64,000 nt of DNA, from positions 328,130 through 392,129 of the forward strand of contig DJWO01000014.1 in assembly GCA_002441005.1 (NCBI GenBank), given 5' to 3'. Source of the stretch: Candidatus Aminicenantes bacterium UBA6228 (GTDB lineage Bacteria > Acidobacteriota > Aminicenantia > Aminicenantales > Saccharicenantaceae). Shown in pieces: positions 57,640 to 64,000 of the stretch; position 1 is the stretch's first letter; each line of letters opens with the position of its first letter. The position numbers and the translations under genes are program-made. Below the pieces are notes generated by a model. It made no database searches. It was not told the origin of the DNA and was given only the letters and a program-made list of their open reading frames with translations.

Positions 57640-59007
57640 ATGGCCGATAGACAGGAAAATCAGACAATCAAAGCCAGCCTTAACACTTTTGATGTCACCA
57701 TGATCGTGGTCAGCCTGGTCATCGGAATTGGTATTTTCCGGACGCCAGCTATGGTGGCAGCTGCCACCAGAACACCTGTTCTTTTTTTCACCGCCTGGCT
57801 GGCTGGAGGCCTCATCACTCTGCTGGGGGCCTTGACTTTCGCTGAAATTGGCTCCCGTTTCCCCCAACCCGGTTCTTATTATCAGGTGGTAGCCAGGAGT
57901 TATGGCTCGCTGCTGGCCTTTCTGCTTAACTGGGCTAATGTTTTTATCATCAATACGGCCAGCGGGGCTGGTGTCGCCTTGATCGGAGCTGAATACATTG
58001 CACCCATCTTTCTTCCAGCTGGAGCCAGAACATCTCAGAATATTATGCTGATTGCCGCCGCCATGATAATTTTGCTGGTGCTATTAAACTATATTGGCCT
58101 AAAGTCAGGAGCCTGGACTCAAAATGTTTTGAGCCTCTCCAAGATTGCCCTGATCGTCATTCTGGCTGCTGCCGGCCTTCTCAGCCGGGCCAGCACGCCG
58201 GCCATCAGGGCAGCCGCTCTGCCCCTTCCAGCCCACTGGTGGTCAGCCCTGGGTCTGGGCTTTATTTCTGTCTTTTTTAGCTATGGCGGCTATCAACAGA
58301 CCATTAACCTGGGGGCTGACCTGAAAAATCCGGCTAAAAATCTCCCCCGGTCGGTGCTGACAGGAATGATCCTGGTTATCAGTTGTTATCTGCTTCTAAA
58401 TGCGGCTTACTGGAGAACCCTCGGGATTCCCGGTATGTCTTCAGCCAAACTGGTGGCGGCCGAGACGGCTGGGGTCGTCTTTGGCCGGCTGGGAGCCAAT
58501 CTGGTCTCGGTAGCTATTTTTCTTTCAGCTCTGGGCTTTTTGAATGCTATTCTGATCCAGCTTCCCCGCACCTATTTAGCTATGGCTGAAGACCGGACCC
58601 TGCCAGCTATCTTCAAAAAGTTCAACCCCAGGACTCAGGTTCAGGAATTCGGGTTAATTTTTCTTGGCGTCTTTATTCTGTTAAGTCTCATTTTTCTTCG
58701 CACCTTTGAAAATATCGTCAATTATGTCATGTTCCTGGACAGCCTGGGCATTGCCGTCGTAGCTTCGACTATCTTTGTCCTGAGAATCAAGGCCAGAAAA
58801 AGCAGCCAGGACTACCAGGGTTTTAAACTGCCTTTTTATCCGGCCCTGCCCGCTGTCTTTATCTTTTTTCTTTTGACCATCACCATCAGTGTACTGATCA
58901 GCCAGCCGCAGTCGGCTCTTCTCGGTACGGCCTTCGTCTGTCTTGGATTTCCACTTTATTTTGTTATGCGCCGGCTGGCTAAAAAGAACAAACCTGAAGA
59001 AAAATAA
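57640..59007 (+). CDS. APC-family amino acid permease
   Basis: 455 aa with 12 TM helices and an APC-like N-terminus (VTMIVVSLVIGIGIFRTP). Confidence 0.75.
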   Translation: MADRQENQTIKASLNTFDVTMIVVSLVIGIGIFRTPAMVAAATRTPVLFFTAWLAGGLITLLGALTFAEIGSRFPQPGSYYQVVARSYGSLLAFLLNWANVFIINTASGAGVALIGAEYIAPIFLPAGARTSQNIMLIAAAMIILLVLLNYIGLKSGAWTQNVLSLSKIALIVILAAAGLLSRASTPAIRAAALPLPAHWWSALGLGFISVFFSYGGYQQTINLGADLKNPAKNLPRSVLTGMILVISCYLLLNAAYWRTLGIPGMSSAKLVAAETAGVVFGRLGANLVSVAIFLSALGFLNAILIQLPRTYLAMAEDRTLPAIFKKFNPRTQVQEFGLIFLGVFILLSLIFLRTFENIVNYVMFLDSLGIAVVASTIFVLRIKARKSSQDYQGFKLPFYPALPAVFIFFLLTITISVLISQPQSALLGTAFVCLGFPLYFVMRRLAKKNKPEEK

Positions 59008-59057
59008 GCAACAGAAGAAAATAAATCTGGTAATTCCTGTTTAAATATTATCGGTGA

Positions 59058-60134
59058 CTATAAAGCAATGCTCAGGCTCAGTCCGAAATATGGATCAAAA
59101 TATTTCTGGCCTTTAAACTCTTTCGTTCTAACCACGGCATAAAAAGTCAGGGCCGCCTGCTCGCTTTGATAGACCAGGCCTGAAGTCAACTGACCATAAA
59201 GATGATGAAGTGACTGGCCAGGACCGGCAGCAAAAGTATTCCCTTCAATTAAGAGATTTCTGGCCAGAGCCTGGCCTGATAGCCGGCAAAAGCCATAGAC
59301 CGAGGTTCTTTTAACTCCAGTCAGAGGCGACTGGCCAAAAAGCGGGGCAGAATGAACTGCCTCGTTTTCCAGCTGAAGATTCAGGCCAAATCTAAAATCA
59401 ATAATAGTTTCAACCGAAGTTCGCAGGTTCCCCAGCTGGCCGCCAACTCCAGCTTTAACTGCCGGACGCCAGCCCCGCCCTGCTTTCTCCGGACCGATCA
59501 GTGTCCAGAAACGATTAAACCAGATATCCACCACCGGCTCATTTTTTAGCTGGTTTCTCCAGCCCTGGGGCTCAGTCCAGCCGTAAGTCTCATGAAGCCA
59601 TTTCTGGGTGGCTCCGGCTAAAGACAGCGGTCCGACCACACCCAGGCCTGCTCCCCAGACCGTCTGCTTTCGCCCCGCATTTCTAACCAGGGTCAGGCCA
59701 GCATAGAGAAGACCGGCATAAGGGCGGTCGTCGCTGATTAACTCTTCCTCAGTCAGATCAGCCGGGGTAAACATGCCTTGAGCTAAGGAGACTATTGCCC
59801 ATCTCTGGCTTAAGTCTTCAGACTTAGAATAATCAAGATTTCCAGTTTTTTTCTGATTTCCCAGAAGCCTGGTGTTGAGCTGATATAAAAACCTGAGCCA
59901 GGCCGATTTAGACTCTCTATTCAGCTGGGGAGAAACCCAGCTAAAAGACAGCCCGTTGCTGTAGCCATCATCCTGATTAAACCAGACATCATTTTCAAGA
60001 TTAAAAACAAAATTGCCCCTGCCTGCTGGCCCGGCCGGGAATTCAGGCGGTTGTCCGGCTAAAAGCAGCCAGGCTGGATAGAAGCTGAAGATGGCAACCA
60101 GAGAAACCAGTTTAAACCGGGGGACACTACGCAT
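59058..60134 (-). CDS. Outer-membrane protein, possibly an LpxR-family lipid A 3'-O-deacylase (DUF2219-like)
   Basis: Signal peptide. NLENDVWFNQDDGYSNGLSFSW resembles the conserved LpxR N-terminal motif. The C-terminal residue is aromatic (L...SIAL). Weak. Confidence 0.35.
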   Translation of the reverse strand: MRSVPRFKLVSLVAIFSFYPAWLLLAGQPPEFPAGPAGRGNFVFNLENDVWFNQDDGYSNGLSFSWVSPQLNRESKSAWLRFLYQLNTRLLGNQKKTGNLDYSKSEDLSQRWAIVSLAQGMFTPADLTEEELISDDRPYAGLLYAGLTLVRNAGRKQTVWGAGLGVVGPLSLAGATQKWLHETYGWTEPQGWRNQLKNEPVVDIWFNRFWTLIGPEKAGRGWRPAVKAGVGGQLGNLRTSVETIIDFRFGLNLQLENEAVHSAPLFGQSPLTGVKRTSVYGFCRLSGQALARNLLIEGNTFAAGPGQSLHHLYGQLTSGLVYQSEQAALTFYAVVRTKEFKGQKYFDPYFGLSLSIAL

Positions 60135-60177
60135 GATCTAAAAGCCAGAGGCTATTTTAAGTTTTTGTAACCGGAAG

Positions 60178-61857
60178 TTAAGTGGCCACTTTCTCCAGTT
60201 TTTTCATAATACTGAACATAAAAGTTGCTGACAGCAAACAGGCCACCACCAGAATTGACCACAGAGCCCATAGAGGTATTTTCATCCACAGCCAGCCAAT
60301 AACTCCCACCAAATAATTACCTATGGCCGTAGCCGCAAACCAGCCGCCCTGCATCAATCCCTTATATTTCGGTGGAGCTACCCGGGAAACAAAAGAAATA
60401 CCCATCGGGCTGAGGAAAAGCTCAGCCACCGTCAGCAAGAAATAAGTGCTGATGAGCCAGTAAACTGAGACCTGATGCTGAGGCGGGGCCACCTGGCCGC
60501 CAAGCTGGGCCGGGCTGGGTAAGTGGAGTGAACCAATGACCAGGATAGAGAAAGCAGCCGCGGTCAGCAGCATTCCATAGCCGATTTTTCTCGGGGCCGA
60601 TGGCTCTTTTCCTTTTTTATTTAAATAGGAAAATAGAGAAATGACCAGCGGAGTCAGGGCCACGATAAAGAACGGGTTAAAATGCTGGAAACGCTGGGGC
60701 TGGAAGGGATTGCTTTCAGGATAGGTCCGGTAGCGAAGATAAGTCAAAATGCCAAAGATCACCAAAGCCAGACCGCCGCCCAGCCGGGCACTTTTGGAGG
60801 CTTTGGGGCGCAGAAGAAAAACCAGCCCGACGATACTTAAAAACAGGGGGACTAAACTCATCAGGTCGAACCAGATATTGGTCACCTTGTCCACATGAGG
60901 AACAGTATAATCACGGGCAAAAAAGGTCATGCTGACCGCTGATTGCTGAAAAGCCATCCAGAAGAAAATGACCACAAAGAAGACCAGGCCCAGAGCCACC
61001 AGTCTTTCTTTGGTTTGAGCCGGAGTCAATTCGGCCACCTGAGATTTCAGTTCGGTTGAAGCTGCTTTTTGCTTCTCCGTTACGTCGGCCTGACGGTAGT
61101 ATTTCCGGAAACCCCAGAAAATCAGCATGGAAACAATCAAGCTGAGGCAGGCCACGCCGAAGCCAAAATGATAGGATTTACTTAGCGTTCCTAAATAATT
61201 TTCAGCAAACTGTTTTAGAGTTTCAAGGGTCACCGCTGGATTTTGAGCTTTAGCCACGTCCAGAAACTGGTTGACCTCAGCCAGTTTGCCTTTTAAAAAA
61301 TCATTGGCTAACTGAGGAATTCTGGCGTCATAAACAAAATTGCCCTGGGCCAAGATCCAGCTGCAACCTTTTTCTGAGGCCGAAGGAGCAAACATCGCCC
61401 CGATATTGATTCCCATATAAAAAATACTAAAGGCCCGGTCGCGGAGCGGACTGTACTTTGGATCATCATAGAGATTGCCGACCAGCGCCTGGAGATTCCC
61501 TTTAAATAGCCCGGTGCCCAGAGCGATAACTGCCAGAGCGGTCAAAACCAGTCCGAAACCAGTTTCAAAGCGGGTCGGAATAGCCAGCAGGAGGTAACCC
61601 AGAAACATGACGATGAGGCCCAGGCTGATGGTCTTCCCGTAGCCAAAGACCCGGTCGGCCAGATAGCCACCGAGTAGCGGGAAAAAATAGACACAGAACA
61701 TAAAAATCCCGTAAATATAACCCGAGGTGGCCGAGCTCAGACCGTACTTGGCCTGCATGAAGAGAACAAAAATACTGACCATAGTATAAAAGCCAAATCG
61801 CTCGCCCATGTTAGCGAAGAAGGCAACAATCAGTCCTTTGGGATGGCCTTTGAACAT
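60178..61857 (-). CDS. POT/PTR2-family di/tripeptide:proton symporter (MFS)
   Basis: 559 aa. The N-terminus GFYTMVSIFVLFM...LGGYLADRVFG is typical of bacterial POT transporters. A central insertion is present. Confidence 0.8.
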   Translation of the reverse strand: MFKGHPKGLIVAFFANMGERFGFYTMVSIFVLFMQAKYGLSSATSGYIYGIFMFCVYFFPLLGGYLADRVFGYGKTISLGLIVMFLGYLLLAIPTRFETGFGLVLTALAVIALGTGLFKGNLQALVGNLYDDPKYSPLRDRAFSIFYMGINIGAMFAPSASEKGCSWILAQGNFVYDARIPQLANDFLKGKLAEVNQFLDVAKAQNPAVTLETLKQFAENYLGTLSKSYHFGFGVACLSLIVSMLIFWGFRKYYRQADVTEKQKAASTELKSQVAELTPAQTKERLVALGLVFFVVIFFWMAFQQSAVSMTFFARDYTVPHVDKVTNIWFDLMSLVPLFLSIVGLVFLLRPKASKSARLGGGLALVIFGILTYLRYRTYPESNPFQPQRFQHFNPFFIVALTPLVISLFSYLNKKGKEPSAPRKIGYGMLLTAAAFSILVIGSLHLPSPAQLGGQVAPPQHQVSVYWLISTYFLLTVAELFLSPMGISFVSRVAPPKYKGLMQGGWFAATAIGNYLVGVIGWLWMKIPLWALWSILVVACLLSATFMFSIMKKLEKVAT

Positions 61858-61906
61858 CTTATTTTTCTCCTTTAGTCAAAGTAAGCCTTGATTATTTATC
61901 ATCGGT

Positions 61907-62671
61907 TTATCTTGATCTTATGATTTCCTGAAATAGTTCATTAACTCTTTTCTCCATAGCCCGGCGGAAATTATCAACAGTCTCGCTGCCCTTGTCAGAG
62001 GAGTAGCTGCTAATAAACATTGGCTGGCCAACCTCCACCCATATTTTCCCGGGCACGCCCAGGGGCAGATGGCTTCCAAAGATAGCCATAGGAGTAACTG
62101 GTACATCCAGTCCTGAGTCCCGATAAAGGTTGTAAGCCATCACCGCTGCCCCATGCCGGAATCTGGGCACATAGGGATTGCGGTCGTTGTCATTGAAATG
62201 GCCATGACCCTGAAGGGCGATGATCACCCGGCCGTGTCTCAAGTAATCCTGGCACTTTTTGACTGCTTCGGCCCGCCCGGTATAGAGATCAACGGGAATC
62301 GTCCCGATTTTGGCAATATTGGTTGAAATGTAACGAACTACAGCCGAAAAAAACGGGGCCAGCAAAAAATGCAAAAACAAACCTGCATCTTTCATGGTGC
62401 GGTGAAGATGTTTCTTAACTAAAAAACTAAACTCTTCCCGGTTGAAAATCATTTTGTTAGCCGTAAAAAATATTGGGCGGGGAACGGTCTTGAACAGCAC
62501 TGCCACATCTTTATAACTGCCCACGTGATTACTGACAATAATATTGGGGCCCCTCAAGACAAAGTTTTCTGCGCCTTTGATTATTAGTTTTTTCGGAGTC
62601 AGAGCCAGGCTGCTCAGGGTTTGAATGATATGGTTGAAAACAACCAGTTCTTCTTCAAAGCTCTTGGGCAT
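61907..62671 (-). CDS. Acyltransferase-like protein (hypothetical; possible lysophospholipid acyltransferase fold)
   Basis: IIVSNHVGSYKD resembles the NHxxxxD acyltransferase motif, but with altered spacing. Weak. Confidence 0.25.
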   Translation of the reverse strand: MPKSFEEELVVFNHIIQTLSSLALTPKKLIIKGAENFVLRGPNIIVSNHVGSYKDVAVLFKTVPRPIFFTANKMIFNREEFSFLVKKHLHRTMKDAGLFLHFLLAPFFSAVVRYISTNIAKIGTIPVDLYTGRAEAVKKCQDYLRHGRVIIALQGHGHFNDNDRNPYVPRFRHGAAVMAYNLYRDSGLDVPVTPMAIFGSHLPLGVPGKIWVEVGQPMFISSYSSDKGSETVDNFRRAMEKRVNELFQEIIRSR

Positions 62672-63094
62672 AGGAATTTAATTTTAACTTAGAACAGGCT
62701 CAAATTCAAAAAAATATTTAAATCTTTTAGGGTGCTAACTGATTCGAGGCTAAATGATTTTAGCCGCATCATCCGCTAAAGAGGACAAGGAAAAAGTGAC
62801 CAATACTCTGCCTCCCGGACTCAAAATTGAATAAATCGCCGGCCTTTTTTATTTCTTCTTGAGCTTTCCCGCTCATTTTTAGTTCCAGATAGGTCTGCCC
62901 TAAGTAATAATGGGCGTCAGCCAGAGTTTTATCCGCTCGTAGGACCGGAAAATTTCTCCATATTCATAGTCGGTGATGAAAGTTCTGGAATTAACGAGGA
63001 GAGATGAAGCCTTAAAATAATCGTGATGAAAACCAAGTTCTTCAGCCCTGGAGGCATAAAAACTGCCCTTGATCCACTGATCGAGATTGCCCAG

Positions 63095-63451
63095 TCACAG
63101 ATCTTTCCTTTCTTTAGCCCACAGCCCGTAAGCCACCGCCAGCCGGCCGTAAGCCTGATAAAAATCTGGTTTCCGGGCAAGGACCTGTTCAAAATATTTT
63201 ATAGCTTCCTTATAGCCAGGAACGGTGAATTTCTCCAGCTCTTCCTGGCCTTGCTGATAGAGATCTTCAGCCATGATTCTGGCTATTTCCCGGGGCAAGG
63301 CTGGTTCAGTCGCCGTGCTTATTTTCTCCTGATGGCAGCTGGCCAGCATTAAGATCGCCGCTATTAGAAAAAGGCTCAAAGTGATAAATTTCCAGGCAGA
63401 AACTAACCGGTTTTTGCCGATTAATTGTGGAAATCGGGACGATGAACTCAT
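63095..63451 (-). CDS. Small secreted TPR-like protein (hypothetical)
   Basis: 118 aa with a signal/TM helix (FITLSLFLIAAILMLASC) and helical repeats. Confidence 0.35.
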   Translation of the reverse strand: MSSSSRFPQLIGKNRLVSAWKFITLSLFLIAAILMLASCHQEKISTATEPALPREIARIMAEDLYQQGQEELEKFTVPGYKEAIKYFEQVLARKPDFYQAYGRLAVAYGLWAKERKDL

Positions 63452-63641
63452 GCTTTCAACCCCGGATAGGCATTATATATTTTTTCAGTTTAGCTTAAAA
63501 CAATGTTTTTTTCTGGCCTTATTACCGACCAGCCCAGTCTGAGCAGCCAGCCCCAGCCGCAGGTATAAATAAACTGTCTTTATTTTCTCACCCGCCGGTA
63601 GCTGGGTTTCATAACTTTATCGGTCCCGGAAACAATCCGGA

Positions 63642-64000
63642 TCAGCTGGTTTTTGTTTCTTCTGTCTTCTCCTTTTGCTCGTCCTCCAGCTTGAAATTGA
63701 CCGTCACTGTAAAAATGCCTTGTTTAGGTTGACCATCAACGATGACCGGTTCAAAGACCCATTGTTTGACCGCCTCAATAGCTGCCCCATCAAGCAAAGG
63801 AATTGACCTCAGAACTCTGACGTCGGCCACCCGGCCATAGATGTCGGTTTGAACCTGAAGGACCACCACCCCCTCAACTCCAGCCTTTTTGGCTTCCTCC
63901 GGGTAAACAGGCTGGACCCTTTTTATCGGCTTGGGTGGTTTGATTTCTCCAACGGCTTTAACGGTACCAGGTGGTATAACCTCAACACCACCTTCCACCC
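63642..64000 (-). CDS. tonB: TonB C-terminal domain protein (partial; the N-terminus lies beyond the window)
   Basis: The C-terminal domain is VQPVYPEEAKKAGVEGVVVLQVQTDIYGRVADVRVLRSIPLLDGAAIEAVKQWVFEP. The ORF-track Met at 63998 is probably internal. Confidence 0.7.
   Translation of the reverse strand, partial: VEGGVEVIPPGTVKAVGEIKPPKPIKRVQPVYPEEAKKAGVEGVVVLQVQTDIYGRVADVRVLRSIPLLDGAAIEAVKQWVFEPVIVDGQPKQGIFTVTVNFKLEDEQKEKTEETKTS

Noticed and set aside
62900-63094. Open frame continuing for 64 codons beyond the TGA stop of the TPR ORF at 63095 (possible read-through, recoded TGA or pseudogene)
   Set aside because: The continuation hits TAG and then TAA shortly after, and the translated extension is not TPR-like. 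A 64-codon open stretch has a few-percent chance by luck. There is no other in-frame TGA in the confidently called genes, so there is no evidence of stop-codon reassignment.
1-64000. Search for CRISPR arrays, tRNA/rRNA genes, integrases, transposases or a recombinase that could act on the 23-bp inverted repeats
   Set aside because: I could not recognise any such gene by eye. No direct-repeat arrays or tRNA-like T-loop/acceptor pairs are seen. The inverton hypothesis therefore lacks a cognate recombinase within this window.

Overview
This 64 kb window is a contiguous chromosomal segment from a Gram-negative (diderm) anaerobe, probably a peptide or amino-acid fermenter; GC is roughly 48-50 % by eye. 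Most of the protein-level calls below rest on my own recognition of family motifs, with no database search. Coding density is high, and the ORF-track reading frames agree with long, motif-bearing proteins. No rRNA, tRNA, CRISPR array, transposase or integrase is visible.

Gene content, in order:
- a partial tandem class-II-aldolase gene, a tungsten-type aldehyde:ferredoxin oxidoreductase (AOR), a MoaD-like sulfur carrier, and a MarR-controlled ABC-2 exporter;
- a complete type IV pilus assembly operon (pilC-pilB-pilM-pilN-pilO-pilP-pilQ) whose secretin is tripartite;
- a divergently transcribed two-gene module: an XRE-HTH protein whose ImmA/IrrE-like domain has lost the HExxH zinc site, followed by an uncharacterised protein with an ARPP-1-like domain;
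- a PDZ-7TM-GAF-PAS histidine kinase with a sigma-54 NtrC-type regulator;
- an M1 aminopeptidase, speH, an Lrp regulator, glnA, an S2P protease, trpS, scpAB, ispH, rpsA, HU/IHF, a HIT protein and PpiD;
- OPT, POT and APC transporters, an M29 aminopeptidase and a PatB-like lyase;
- two TonB-dependent receptors, one with a canonical sigma-54 promoter and one with a possible cobalamin riboswitch;
- EtfAB, with EtfA fused to a ferredoxin domain;
- a TrmH-like methyltransferase, an LpxR-like outer-membrane protein, and a partial TonB.

Most notable non-genic signals:
- two loci carry the same 23-bp perfect inverted-repeat pair (GGGGACACAATCTATATTTCCTA) bracketing 72-bp and 144-bp segments at operon boundaries;
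- TTGACAA palindromes are shared by the divergent pilC and XRE promoters;
- a pair of paralogous small secreted Cys proteins flanks an NHL / redoxin / TonB-receptor cluster.
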